From contig NIVC01000803.1 in NCBI GenBank assembly GCA_002269645.1, forward strand, positions 186,001-250,000: DNA of 64,000 nt. The letters are read 5' to 3'. Both the position numbers and the translations under genes were made by a program. Source of the DNA: Macrostomum lignano (taxonomy: Eukaryota). Of the stretch, positions 38,613 through 51,129 are shown in pieces (the first letter of the stretch is position 1; the number at the start of each line of letters is the position of its first letter). The notes under the pieces are model-generated. The model was given only the letters and a program-made list of their open reading frames with translations, ran no database searches and was not told where the DNA came from.

Positions 38613-38719
38613 CATCTGCACCTTGACAACTGCGTGTAGTGCATGTTTCCATTACTGTGTGTTTTTTAGCCTTTCCTGTCTACCCACCTCTCAGAAACGA
38701 GCAAATCGGACAGTCTCGA

Positions 38720-38720
38720 G

Positions 38721-38817
<97 letters not shown>
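38720..38817. repeat. Compound (CA)n(GA)n microsatellite
   Basis: Read directly. Confidence 0.95.
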
Positions 38818-38818
<1 letters not shown>

Positions 38819-39154
38819 CAGATTTTGTAGCAAATCCGTGAAGCAGAGTAATTCAAAAAATTGCCTCCCCCTGGCGCTCTGAGCTGCCCGATCTTTAAAT
38901 AACCATGCTAGCAAATAACTAGCAAATCCAACTACCGCTTGCAAGCTATCAGATTGCTTTAGGCAGATGGAGAGAGGACTGCTCTTGTGAGCAAATCCGG
39001 ATTTGGAGCACAGGTTGTCGTCTTCCTGTGATTTTGGGTGACACTCTACACTGTTTTATCGGATGGGTTATTCAATTGTTTTAGATTTCAGATTTTTATT
39101 TTAGTTATATTGGATTGTTCTGCTGTCTGTTTGTTGTTTGTTCTTCAATCCCGA

Positions 39155-40252
39155 TCCGCCCCCTGAGAATCACTTCTGATCCGCCCCCTGAGAACCACTT
39201 CTAATCCGCCCCCTTAGAATCACTCCTGATCCGCCCCTAAGAATCACTCCTTGTCCACCCGTGAGAGTCACTCATTATCTGCCTCTGATGGTCACTCCTG
39301 ATCCGCCCGTGAGAGTCACATCTGATCCGACCCTGAGAGTCACTCCTTATCCACTCATGAGTCACTCCTTATCCACCCATGCCATGAGAGTCACTCCTTA
39401 TCCGGCCATAAAAGTGACTCCTTATCCGCCCATGAGAATCAGTCAATCCTTATCCACCCATGAGAGTCAGTCACTCCTTATCCGCCCATGAGAGTCAGTC
39501 ACTCCTTATCCGCCCATGCCATGAAAGTCACTCCTTATCCGGCCATAAGAGTGACTCCTTATCCACCCATGAGAGTCAGTCACTCCTTATCCGGCCATGA
39601 GAGTCAGTCACTCTTTATCCGCCCATGAGAGTCAGTCACTCCTTATCCGTCCATGCGAGTCAGTCACTCCTTATCCGCCCATGAGAGTCAGTCACTCCTT
39701 ATCCGTCCATGCGAGTCAGTCACTCCTTATCTGCCCATGAGAGTCAGTCAATCTTTATCCGCTGATGAGAGTCAGTCACTCCTTATCCGACCATGAGAGC
39801 CAGTCACTCCTTATCCACCCATGAGAGTCAGTCAATCCTTATCCACCCATGAGAGCCAGTCAATCCTTATCCGACCATGAGAGTCAGTCACTCCTTATCC
39901 GCCCATGCCATGAAAGTCACTCCTCAGCCGGCCATAAGGGTGACTCCTTATCCGCCCATGAGAGTCAGTCAATCCTTATCCGACCATGAGAGTCAGTCAC
40001 TCCTTATCCACCCATGAGAGTCAGTCAATCCTTATCCACCCATGAGAGTCAGTCAATCCTTATCCACCCATGAGAGCCAATCAATCCTTATCCACCCATG
40101 AGAGTCAGTCAATCCTTATCCGACCATGAGAGTCAGTCACTCCTTATCCACCCATGAGAGTCAGTCAATCCTTATCCACCCATGAGAGCCAGTCAATCCT
40201 TATCCACCCATGAGAGTCAGTCAATCCTTATCCGACCATGAGAGTCAGTCCT
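39155..40252. repeat. Minisatellite, ~28-bp unit CATGAGAGTCAGTCACTCCTTATCCGCC
   Basis: Tandem copies, degenerate at the left end. Confidence 0.93.
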
Positions 40253-40318
40253 GAGTCACACGCAATAAGACAACATGCCGCCGCCTCAAACCTGCACGAT
40301 ACTAAAATTTCACCTCAG

Positions 40319-40468
40319 GCAAGATTCTAGACGGCAACGATCGAGCTGCCACCACGTTGGCCAATTTGGTTCACGAAGACGTTACTGTGCCGCGGCCGCC
40401 CGAACTGGAGAAACTGGAGTCCCTGGAGCTCGACAAAAAGGAGATCGGAATCTGGATTGATCCCATCG
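40319..40468 (+). CDS. INPP1: Inositol polyphosphate 1-phosphatase, coding exon 3
   Basis: CTCAG acceptor; KILDGNDRAATTLANLVHEDV...IGIWIDPI; G|GTGAGG donor, phase 1/1. Confidence 0.94.
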
Positions 40469-40489
40469 GTGAGGACGCGAAGCCAATTG

Positions 40490-40620
40490 AAGGGGTTGAA
40501 GGGGTGGGATTGAGGGGGTGGGATTGAGGGGTGGGATTGAGGGGGTGGGATTGAGGGGGTGGATTTAAGGGATGAAATTGGGGGTGTGGGATTGAGTGGG
40601 TGGGATTGAGGGGGTGGGTC
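40490..40620 (+). repeat. G-rich ~13-14-bp repeat GGGGTGGGATTGA in a 223-nt intron
   Basis: Read directly. Confidence 0.88.
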
Positions 40621-40691
40621 TGACTAACCAAGAAGAAAAGACACCGGAAGGAGAGCTCAAGACAGTCAAGCTTTCCACACCCAACCCTCAG

Positions 40692-40869
40692 ATGGCACCG
40701 CTGAGTACATCTCGGGCAGCCGGGACCCGGAATTCCGGCCTGGCGAGAACATCAGCCAGAACGGCCTGCCAAACGTGACGGTGCTGATCGGGGTGTACGA
40801 AAGGTCCACCGGCCTGCCAATCATTGGCGTCATCAACCAGCCGTTCTTCAAGACCGAGGATGGCAAGAT
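40692..40869 (+). CDS. INPP1: Inositol polyphosphate 1-phosphatase, coding exon 4
   Basis: Completes the DPIDGT metal-binding motif; VTVLIGVYERSTGLPIIGVINQPF; AT|GTGAGG donor, phase 1/2. Confidence 0.95.
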
Positions 40870-40887
40870 GTGAGGATTGGCCTTTGT

Positions 40888-41362
40888 CGGCGCCCTATGA
40901 CTGGAGTTGTGGCGCCCTATGACTAGAGTTGTGGCGCTAAAACTGTGACGCCCTATATTGACACACTAACTGTGGCGCCCTATATTGACACACTAACTGT
41001 GGCGCCCTATATTGACACACTAACTGTGGCGCCCTATATTGATACATTAACTGTGGCGTTTTATATTGACACTCTAACTGTGGCGCCCTATATTGATACA
41101 ACAACTGTGGCGCCCTATATTGATACACTAACTGTGGCGCCCTATATTGATACACTAACTGTGGCGCCCTATATTGACACTCTAACTGTGGCGCCCTATA
41201 TTGATACAGTAACTGTAGCGCCCTATATTACAAGTATCCAACTAACTGTGGCGCCCTATATTGATACACTAACTGTGGCGCCCTATATTGATACAATAAC
41301 TGTGGCGCTCTATATTATCACACTAACTGTGGCGCCCTATATTATCACACTAACTGTGGCAC
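40888..41362. repeat. Minisatellite, 27-bp unit CTGTGGCGCCCTATATTGACACACTAA
   Basis: Tandem copies beginning about 20 nt after the exon 4 donor. Confidence 0.93.
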
Positions 41363-41854
41363 CGTAGTGACACAAAAGTTCTGGCAGCTATTAGCCAACA
41401 TATTTTCAATTAAAAAGATTTTGAGCTCACGCAAATTATTCAGCAAAGCAAGAATTCTTACAAAGCGGAGTAATTTATGGTAGCTGAATTCTAAGCAAAG
41501 AAGAGAGAAGTTAATCCGCCCCCCAGAGGGAGTTCCTCAATCATTTCTGTCGCAGGGGCGGGGATTTAATGAAAAAATGTTCTCGCGTGCCGCGTCCCCC
41601 TGTCTCCCTATCTTCAGCTCGTGTCCGCAACGAATCTCGGCAGTTATTGAGCCAAGGCAGCGCTGGCAGAATTAAAACGCACAGCCGAGTCAGTTGCTAG
41701 GGGGGGATGTTATAGAGTTGAGCCCACAGAAATTAATCCATCGATTTTTCCGAGGCTCGTGTCCGGGAGCCGGGGATACAGAGGTTTTTCGATGGGCATT
41801 TGGTATTTTTTCGTCACAGTTGCAATCGGTGTGCCGCAGAACCATCATTTAAAC

Positions 41855-42618
41855 CTCACTGAACCACCCTGAGAATCGTCCCTGAAATATCTTGAGAATT
41901 GCCCTGAACCACCTTGAGAATTGCCCTGAACCACCTTGAGAATTGCCCTGAACCACCTTGAGAATTGCCCTGAACCACCTTGAGAATTGCCCTGAACCAC
42001 CCTGAGAATCGTCCCTGAAATATCTTGAGAATTGCAACTGAATTATTTTAAGAATCGTCCCTGAATTATATTGAGAATCGCCACTGAACCACCCTAAGAA
42101 TCGCCACTGAACCACCCTAAGAATCGCCACCGAACCACCCTAAGAATCGCCACTGAACCACTCTAAGAATCGCCCCTGAACCACCCTAAGAATCGCCACT
42201 GAACCACTCTAAGAATCGCCACTGAACCACCCTAAGAATCACCCCTGAACCACCCTAAGAATCGCCACTGAACCACCCTAAGAATCACCCCTGAACCACC
42301 CTAAGAATCGCCACTGAACCACCCTAAGAATCACCCCTGAACCACCCTAAGAATCGCCACTGAACCACCCTAAGAATCGCCACTGAACCACTCTAAGAAT
42401 CGCCACTGAACCACCCTAAGAATCGCCACTGAACCACTCTAAGAATCGCCACTGAACCACCCTAAGAATCGCCACTGAACCACTCTAAGAATCGCCCCTG
42501 AACCACCTTTAGAATCGCCACTGAACCACTCTAAGAATCGCCACTGAACCACCCTAAGAATCGCCACTGAACCACCCTAAGAATCGCCCCTAAACCACCC
42601 TAAGAATCGCCACTGAAT
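41855..42618. repeat. Minisatellite, 23-bp unit CCACTGAACCACCCTAAGAATCG
   Basis: Tandem copies with a left-to-right variant gradient. Confidence 0.94.
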
Positions 42619-42778
42619 AGCTTTGTGAATCTCAGAAAACGAGGTGCGATTTTCGGATGTTTTTAGCAGATTCTCGTCTAGTTCAAAAGCGATTCCCACG
42701 ACGCTTCAGAGGCAAGAGGCATGAGGTGTTCGCTGTCTCATACCCCATCTGTACTCGCCTCCCGTCTCCATCCGCCAG

Positions 42779-43304
42779 CTGGAGCGGTCGCATGGTGTGG
42801 GGCGCCTGCATCGGCGACGCCCGCGTCACCAGCGTGCCGCACGGGCGCGACCAGCCGCCAGTGGGCGAAGCCGAGAAGCCGGCCGTGGTGACGTCAATGT
42901 CCGACTGCAAGAAGCTGGGCACCTACCTGTGCGAGAACTTCGACATTCTCACCGCCCCTGGCGCCGGCTACAAGCTGCTGTGCGTCATCGATCGGCTGTG
43001 CTCAGCCTACGTGCTGTCCAAGGACAACACCTACAGGTGGGACACCTGCGCTCCTCACGCAATCCTGCGATCCCAGGGCGGCGGAGTTGTCAAGCACCAG
43101 CAGGCTCTGACTGCCGACCTGTCCGGAGGTGGTGGTAGCGGCGGTGGCGCTTGCGACAAAGCCCTGCGCGACCTGCAGCTGACCTACCACAAGGCCGAGC
43201 CGAAGGCCTCCGGCTCCAATGCCTGGTGCAACATGCAGGGCGTCATCGCCTACTCGGACCCGGAGGTGCTGCAGCGCCTGGTGGCCAGCCTGACCAAGAA
43301 GTGA
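42779..43304 (+). CDS. INPP1: Inositol polyphosphate 1-phosphatase, last coding exon
   Basis: CCGCCAG acceptor; WSGRMVWG, GAGYKLLCV, WDTCAPHAILRSQGGGV, WCNMQGVIAY are IMPase/INPP1 family motifs; TGA stop; spliced total 1182 nt = 393 aa. Confidence 0.96.
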
Positions 43305-43403
43305 GACCGAACAGAATTTTCCGAGGCTGCTTAACGATGCACTATCTTAGGCCCAAGGCTCAATTTCGCTTAAATACGCATTGGCGAGATATAGGAAAGG
43401 GTA

Positions 43404-43785
43404 GGTGCCGTAGCCTAGTGGTCAAGCGCGGCGCTCTGATGTGCCAGCGGCCCAGGTTCGAGTCGTTCGACTCCAAGTGCAGTCACATTAATTTTGGGGC
43501 TAAATTGGTACCTCGGCTTGGCTCTGCTCGTGCAATTAACGCCTTTGAGGGCCAACCCCCAAGGCACAGTGAAGTGTACATGCCTAACGATAAATATAGA
43601 TAGGGCCGCTGTTCACTCCTTTGTGAGTGCGTGCCTGTGCGTATGACTGCGTACGTATCCGCGCGCTTGTGTGCCTGCTCAGGGGAGTCGGCGGAATGGG
43701 TAGCAATGCCTCTCGCCGGTTGTGTGACAATGTCGCTTAAAGTGCGCAGGGTGACCACAGCCACTGGTACACTCTGACAAAAGCT
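43404..43785 (+). mobile_element. tRNA-derived SINE (longest copy in the window)
   Basis: Box A TAGCCTAGTGG (43411-43421), box B GGTTCGAGTC (43455-43464), non-canonical cloverleaf; body homologous to 52064-52205 and 25295-25381. Confidence 0.78.
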
Positions 43786-44344
43786 AAAATATAGATGCCA
43801 ACTTATAGTCCCGAAACGGAAGCGAATCGGATCCAAGGACCTTGGTCGGATCACACCATTGGGCTGCAGCTTTCGCTGTGCGCCGCTCCGGTGCTTCGCT
43901 TCCATTTAGGCACTGAGTTGACTTCTCCATTTCAGTTTTAAGCACTAAATTGTCAGCATCTCACCTTCAGAGCTGTCAATATGCATATAAAGCCGGGACA
44001 GTGGTAAATTTGCTTCAAATTCGCGCATTTGCCAGTGTCCAGTAGCTTCCCCCCCCCCACCGGAGCTATAAGTCTAGAAACTGATGAAGCCACCTCAGAC
44101 CAAGCATACACGCCAGCTTCATGTGATGGGCGCAATAAGAGTCAGGTAAAACCATTAGCTGTTAGAACCATTAGATCCATTAGCTGCTAAAACTTACAAT
44201 TCCCATCTTTGCCAATGCATTTTTAAGCGAAATTCAGACCTTAAATAAGTTGTCCGCTCAACGCTTGGGTGTTGCAATTTTCTAGACAAATTTTCAAGAC
44301 AAGAGCTGAATTAAACATCGCATTGTATTGTTAAAAATTATTGC

Positions 44345-45800
44345 AGTAATGAGCGTACTACTATTAGTAAGATACTACTTTTTTAGTAATGAGCGTACTA
44401 CTATTAGAAAGATACTACTTTTTAGTAATGAGCGTACTACTATTAGAAAGATACTACTTTTTAGTAATGAGCGTACTACTATTAGTAAGATACTACTTTT
44501 TAGTAATGAGCGTACTACTATTAGTAAGATACTACTTTTTTAGTAATGAGCGTACTACTATTAGTAAGATACTACTTTTTTAGTAATGAGCGTACTACTA
44601 TTAGTAAGATACTACTTTTTAGTAATGAGCGTACTACTATTAGCAAGATACTACTTTTTTAGTAATGAGCGTACTACTATTAGTAAGATACTACTTTTTT
44701 AGTAATGAGCGTACTACTATTAGTAAGATACTACTTTTTAGTAATGAGCGTACTACTATTAGTAAGATACTACTTTTTTAGTAATGAGCGTACTACTATT
44801 AGTAAGATACTACTTTTTAGTAATGAGCGTACTACTATTAGCAAGATACTACTTTTTAGTAATGAGCGTACTACTATTAGTAAGATACTACTTTTTAGTA
44901 ATGAGCGTACTACTATTAATAAGATACTACTTTTTAGTAATGAGCGTACTACTATTAGTAAGATACTACTTTTTAGTAATGAGCGTACTACTATTATTAA
45001 GATACTACTTTTTAGTAATGAGCGTACTACTATTAGCAAGATACTACTTTTTTAGTAATGAGCGTACTACTATTAGTAAGATACTACTTTTTTAGTAATG
45101 AGCGTACTACTATTAGTAAAATACTACTTTTTAGTAATGAGCGTACTACTATTAGTAAGATACTACTTTTTAGTAATGAGCGTACTACTATTATTAAGAT
45201 ACTACTTTTTAGTAATGAGCGTACTACTATTAGCAAGATACTACTTTTTTAGTAATGAGCGTACTACTATTAGTAAGATACTACTTTTTTAGTAATGAGC
45301 GTACTACTATTAGTAAGATACTACTTTTTAGTAATGAGCGTACTACTATTATTAAGATACTACTTTTTAGTAATGAGCGTACTACTATTAGCAAGATACT
45401 ACTTTTTTAGTAATGAGCGTACTACTATTAGTAAGATACTACTTTTTTAGTAATGAGCGTACTACTATTAGTAAGATACTACTTTTTAGTAATGAGCGTA
45501 CTACTATTAGTAAGATACTACTTTTTAGTAATGAGCGTACTACTATTAGTAAGATACTACTTTTTTAGTAATGAGCGTACTACTATTAATAAGATACTAC
45601 TTTTTAGTAATGAGCGTACTACTATTAGTAAGATACTACTTTTTAGTAATGAGCGTACTACTATTAGCAAGATACTACTTTTTTAGTAATGAGCGTACTA
45701 CTATTAGTAAGATACTACTTTTTAGTAATGAGCGTACTACTATTAATAAGATACTACTTTTTAGTAATGAGCGTACTACTATTAGTAAGATACTACTTTT
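44345..45800. repeat. AT-rich minisatellite, 39/40-bp unit AGTAATGAGCGTACTACTATTAGTAAGATACTACTTTTT(T)
   Basis: About 37 near-identical head-to-tail copies with no spacers. Confidence 0.96.
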
Positions 45801-46407
45801 TCTTAGCCTTCTCGTTCTTCGGAAATGCAAATGTTCTGTAAAATCTGTTTTAAAGAATACCAGAATATGTACCTGGTTTATGGTCCTAGTAACCGACTAT
45901 AAGAGTATAATATATCTATAAATACAATTAACAAAAGAGTCAATGCAGGTAACATTCCCACCCTGACAATTAATTGATAAAATTAAACTAAATTAGTGTT
46001 GTGAATTACTACAATTAATAAAATCGACGCAAACAATAATCTAGCCCTATTATACACTACTATGCATATGAGTAGCATATAAGTAGTAGTTAACTTTTTT
46101 TTGTTTAAAGAAACGCACCGACAGTTAAAAGAAAAGCCATTGCGCGCACGCTTATTACTGGCCATTGTGTGTTCTTTCTGCTTTTTGTTTCTATAGACTT
46201 TTGATCCAGCCCTAAATTCTCAGCAGTTTCACTGTCTATTATATTTACTGGATTATAAAGCATAAATAAAACACCTGTTGTGCGACTCTTCTTGCGCCAG
46301 TCAATAACTATTTCTGTTGTGTTTAAAATGCGTTTATTATCTGTTTATGCGCTTCATTTCATTTATCCTTAAGAGATACTGAGGCTCTTTTTTGTAAGTT
46401 GAGAGCT

Positions 46408-47330
46408 GACACCTCAATACCTGATCCTAACACCTCAATACCTGATCCTAACACCTCAATACCTGATCCTAACACCTCAATACCTGATCCTAACACCTCA
46501 CTACCTGATCCTAACACCTCACTACCTGATCCTAACACCTCAATACCTGATCCTAACACCTCAATACCTGATCCTAACACCTCAATACCTGATCCTAACA
46601 CCTCAATACCTGATCCTAACACCTCAATACCTGATCCTAACACCTCACTACCTGATCCTAACACCTCACTACCTGATCCTAACACCTCACTACCTGATCC
46701 TAACACCTCACTACCTGATCCTAACACCTCAATACCTGATCCTAACACCTCAATACCTGATCCTGACACCCCAATACCTGATCCTAACACCTCAATACCT
46801 GATCCTGACACCCCAATACCTGATCCTAACACCTCAATACCTGATCCTGACATCTCACTACCTGATCCTAACACCTCAATACATGATCCTAACACCTCAA
46901 TACATGATCCTGACACCTCACTACCTGATCCTGACACCTCACCACCTGATCCTGACATCTCACCACCTGATCCTGACGACACCTCACTACCTGATCCTGA
47001 CACCTCACCACCTGATCCTGACACCTCACCACCTGATCCTGACACCTCACCACCTGATCCTGACACCTCACCACCTGATCCTGACACCCCACCACCTGAT
47101 CCTGACACCTCACCACCTGATCCTGACACCTCACCACCTGATCCTGACACCCCACTACCTGATCCTGACACCTCACCACCTGATCCTGACACCTCACCAC
47201 CTGATCCTGACACCCCACCACCTGATCCTGACACCCCACTACCTGATCCTGACACCTCACCACCTGATCCTGACACCCCACTACCTGATCCTGACACCTC
47301 ACTACCTGATCCTGACACCTCACTACCTGA
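46408..47330. repeat. Minisatellite, 21-bp unit CCTGATCCT(A/G)ACACCTCA(ATA/CTA/CCA)
   Basis: About 44 copies; frame-preserving and stop-free in one frame on each strand. Confidence 0.94.
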
Positions 47331-48119
47331 GTCACCCGGATCCACCAACTTCATAATTCCTAAAGCATAAGAAATAAAATATAGCTGGCACACAGGGTAC
47401 TCGTCACAGTTTAATCCGGACTTATCAACCCTTGGAATTCGCTAAAAATTACACAATTGCCTTGATATATTTTGTAGAAAAAAAGACAATTTCTTTACAA
47501 ATTGAGAATCAATGCATTGCGATCAACCAATCAATATTGCAGGTAATTCAGCAAAAACAATGTAAAATCAACAATTATTATATACAACATCTGATTAAAG
47601 GTGCCATCAGTATGTACATATGAGATATGAGGCATGAGAAATGATGACATAAAAGCATAGTGCAGTTTTGCGAATTTTCTAGGTTAAGCGGCTTAAAACA
47701 CAAATTAACAGATTAGAAAACAAACTGCACTGATAGATTTCTAAAACATTTATAAATAAACAGCTGCAAAATCTGCTCATTGCAAAAAGACTCATCAAGA
47801 CTAGCTCATTGTAACAATAGGGAAAAATAATGAGTAATATTATAGCTAATTTAAGCCAAGCTTAATGTACACTATCATCGTACGTAAATAAATTCACCTT
47901 CCATACAAGAGATGCATGCTTCGAGCATTAGAATATTTTTTGTCTAAAAAAATTGAAAAAAACATTTAAAACGGCAAGCATAATTAAGCGCACTGCATAC
48001 TACTGTTATCGGCTGAATGCGTTTTTGGGAATTTTTTGTGCTAAAAAAATCTCACTTTAGCGGGTAGAAGGAGCAGTGAAGGGTTTGCTTGTATACAGTC
48101 TGAGGCACATCGCACTAGT

Positions 48120-48492
48120 GTGAGATCACCAATGAGCTCTCAGCTACGATCATGAGATCCCAATGAGATCTCAGCTCCGATCATGAGATACCAATGAGAT
48201 CTCAGCTCCGATCATGAGATACCAATGAGATCTCAGCTCCGATCATGAGATCCCTATGAGATCTCAGTTCCGATCATGAGATCCAAATGAGATCTCAGCT
48301 CCGATCATGCGATCCCAATGAGATCTCAGCTTCGATCATGAGATACCAATGAGATCTCAGCTCCGATCATGAGATCCTAATGAGATCTCAGCTCCGATCA
48401 TGAGATCTCAGCTCTAATTAGGAGATCCAAATGAGATCTCAGCTCCGATCATGAGATCCCAATGAGATCTCAGCTCCGATCATGAGATACCA
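48120..48492. repeat. Minisatellite, 31-bp unit GAGATCTCAGCTCCGATCATGAGATCCCAAT (downstream of the semaphorin stop)
   Basis: Read directly; grades into the related 19-bp array. Confidence 0.9.
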
Positions 48493-48886
48493 AGCTCAGA
48501 TGAGATTCCAAGCTCAGGTGAGATCTCAAAGATCAGATGAGGTCTCAAAGCTCAGATGAGGTCTCATAGCACAGATGAGGTCTCAAAGCTCAGATGAGGT
48601 CTCATAGCACAGATGAGGTCTCAAAGCTCAGATGAGGTCTCAAAGCACAGATGAGATCTCAAAGCTCAGATGAGGTTTTCAAGCTCAGGTGAGATCTCAA
48701 AGCTCAGATGAGGTCTTCAAGCTCAGATGAGGTCTTCAAGCTCAGATGAGGTCTTCAAGCTCAGGTGAGATCTCAAAGCTCAGATGAGGTCTTCAAGCTC
48801 AGGTGAGATCTCAAAGCTCAGATGAGGCCTTCAAGCTCAGGTGAGATCTCAAAGATCAGATGAGGTCTCAAAGCTCAGATGAGGTC
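48493..48886. repeat. Minisatellite, 19-bp unit GAGGTCTCAAAGCTCAGAT overlapping the semaphorin stop codon
   Basis: The last unit coincides with codons GAC CTC ATC TGA on the minus strand. Confidence 0.9.
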
Positions 48887-49366
48887 CCACTCGTTAATCC
48901 GGTGATCAACTGGCGCATCATCGGCAAAGGCAGCCACAGCGGCCAGACTGTCGATGCTCGGCGGCCTCCAGCCGTCCAGCGAGGACAGAGCGGCAGAGTT
49001 ACGCAGAGGCGGCTGCTGCGGGCGCGGGTTAGTGGCGTAGTCGTTCTCCACCGCGTGCTGCGCCGCCGCTGTCCCCGTCGCAGCGGCAGTCCCCGTTTGT
49101 CGTTCGTTGCTCGCCGACAAATTGTCCTGATTGCTACCGACATCGGGTCGGTGACGCTTCAACAACGACGAACACGACGCTGCGTCGGTCAGTGGCCGCG
49201 GCGGCGGCGGCAGCGGCTGGCCGGGCGGCAGTTTCCGCCTCCGCCTGCTGCGCAGTCGCCGCCCGGCCAGGAAGCCGGCAGCGAAGCCGACGGCACCGAA
49301 GGTGGCCAGAACGGCGACGAAAGCGCCGACGGGCACCCGGGCGGCGGCTGCGTTGTCGGACGAGGA

Positions 49367-49397
<31 letters not shown>

Positions 49398-49581
49398 GAG
49401 GCCGAGGCTGGGCTGGTGTCGTAAGGCTGCAGCCGGTGGCTTGGCGACTCTTCGACACCGTTTTCGATGGCGGCTTGGATCGCCGCATCATCGACTGCGT
49501 TGTTGGCTGGTGACTGCGGCGGCGGCGGCGGCGGTGGCAACAGGCGCGATCTTTGCGGAGATCTAATCTTGGAATCGACAC
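48875..49581 (-). CDS. Transmembrane semaphorin, last exon (Pro/Ala-rich stalk, TM helix, cytoplasmic tail)
   Basis: TTTCAG acceptor, phase 1; hydrophobic VPVGAFVAVLATFGAVGFAAGFLAG followed by RRLRSRRRRK; TGA at 48875-48877. Confidence 0.85.
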
Positions 49582-49639
49582 CTGAAATGAGGGGTTTTGG
49601 AATTCAAATTAAAAGTGTCTTCTTATCAGATTCTTCGAA

Positions 49640-50395
49640 CTTTATTGAATAGGGATTTCTGGACTTTGTGAATGGGTATTTATCAGACTGGTGAATAGGG
49701 ATTTCTCAGACTAGTGAATGGGGATTTCTCAGATTGGTGAATGGGGATTTCTCAGATTGGTGAATCGGGATCAGATTGGTGAATGGGGATTTATCAGATT
49801 TGTGAATGGGGATTTATCAGATTGGTGAATGGGGATTTATCAGATTGGTGAATGAAGATTTATCAGATTGGTGAATGGAGATTTATCAGATTGGTGAATA
49901 GGGATTTATCAGATTAGTAAATGGAGATTTATCAGATTGGTGAATGGGGATTTATCAGATTGGTGAATGGGAATTTATCAGGTTGGTGAGTGGGTATTTA
50001 TCAGATTGGTGAATGAGGATTTATCAGATTGGTGAATGAGGATTTATCAGATTGGTGAATGGGGATTTATCAGATTGGTGAATGGGGATTTATCAGATTG
50101 GTGAATGGAGATTTATCAGATTGGTGAACCGGGATTAATCAGATTGGTGAATGAGGATTTATCAGATTGGTGAATGGGTATTTATCAGATTGGTGAATGG
50201 GAATTTATCAGGTTGGTGAGTGGGTATTTATCAGATTGGTGAATGGGGATTTATCAGGTTGGTGAGTGGGTATTTATCAGATTGGTGAATGGGGATTTAT
50301 CAGATGAGCAAATGGAGATTTATCAGATTGGTGAACTTGGATTAATGAGATTGGTGAATGAGGATTTATCAGATTGGTGAATGGGGATTTATCAG
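49640..50395. repeat. Minisatellite, 23-bp unit GGGATTTATCAGATTGGTGAATG
   Basis: Tandem copies starting about 55 nt from the last semaphorin acceptor. Confidence 0.93.
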
Positions 50396-51129
50396 TACAT
50401 TCCCCTTAGTGAATTGGGGATATACTGGTAGCTGAATATACATTATATATATTTCCACAGATCAATAGCCCTCTAAAAGAGGGCTAAAAAGCTGTCTTTC
50501 AAGCAAAATTACAACCAAGCAATGTGTTGCCTCGAAAGCAGAGAAACCCGAAGCCACTCTACTAGCAGGCAGGAAAATTGAGCCAGCAGGAGGGGCAGGA
50601 AATGCAAAAAAATAAATAAAAACCACAAGGCATCGAGGATTAAGCAGAGCTGCTAGATAGGACAGCTTGTATCTGTGCGAATTTCTAATTGTAGCCAAAA
50701 GCTGCAGTTCTGTTTATACAAACCCCAACAGTCCAGAATCTAAACGAAAACAGATTGAGAAAAATAAACCAGTGCAGAGCAGGCACACAGCAACTGGAAT
50801 TTGCGTGTGAACATTGTGACCCTGTGCGGCAACCCCCTTACTCCGATTGCGCGCCAAAAAACCAGGCCACGGAAAAACTAAAAGAGCAATAGGAAAAGGC
50901 AGTAACAGCAAAAGCAGAAGCAGTATTTCTCTTAACATCTGCTTATGGACTTTTGTAGCGCGATTAATTTCCTAATTTCCTAAGTCCATTCGAAAGGGGT
51001 TAATTTATGGAAATATTGCTACATGTACTAAGTGTTTGATTGAAAAAAATATTTACGTTTCCACTATCGGGTGCGGCTTTGATCCGCTTCACTTTTCTTA
51101 GTCACATCTCTGCACTCCTGCATTCCACC

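Noticed and set aside
38248-38944. Q/N-rich or (ER)n ORFs
   Set aside because: These are microsatellite translations within INPP1 intron 2.
43404-43480. Functional tRNA gene
   Set aside because: Box A and B are present, but the anticodon loop is 6 nt, the T-stem does not pair and there is no acceptor-stem 3' strand; it continues into a repeat body, so it is a SINE head.
43685-43705. HDV-like ribozyme suggested by GGCGGAATGGG
   Set aside because: It resembles the J4/2-P2 end only; no P3/L3 (TCCTCG-like) or nested pseudoknot could be found upstream.
44345-45800. CRISPR array
   Set aside because: The 39/40-bp units are head-to-tail with no unique spacers, there are no cas genes, and the context is eukaryotic. 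The same applies to all other arrays.
48860-49652. Plus-strand and alternative-frame ORFs overlapping the last semaphorin exon
   Set aside because: These are antisense or shadow ORFs of a GC-rich coding exon. The same applies to shadows over 9836-10428 and 42657-43190.
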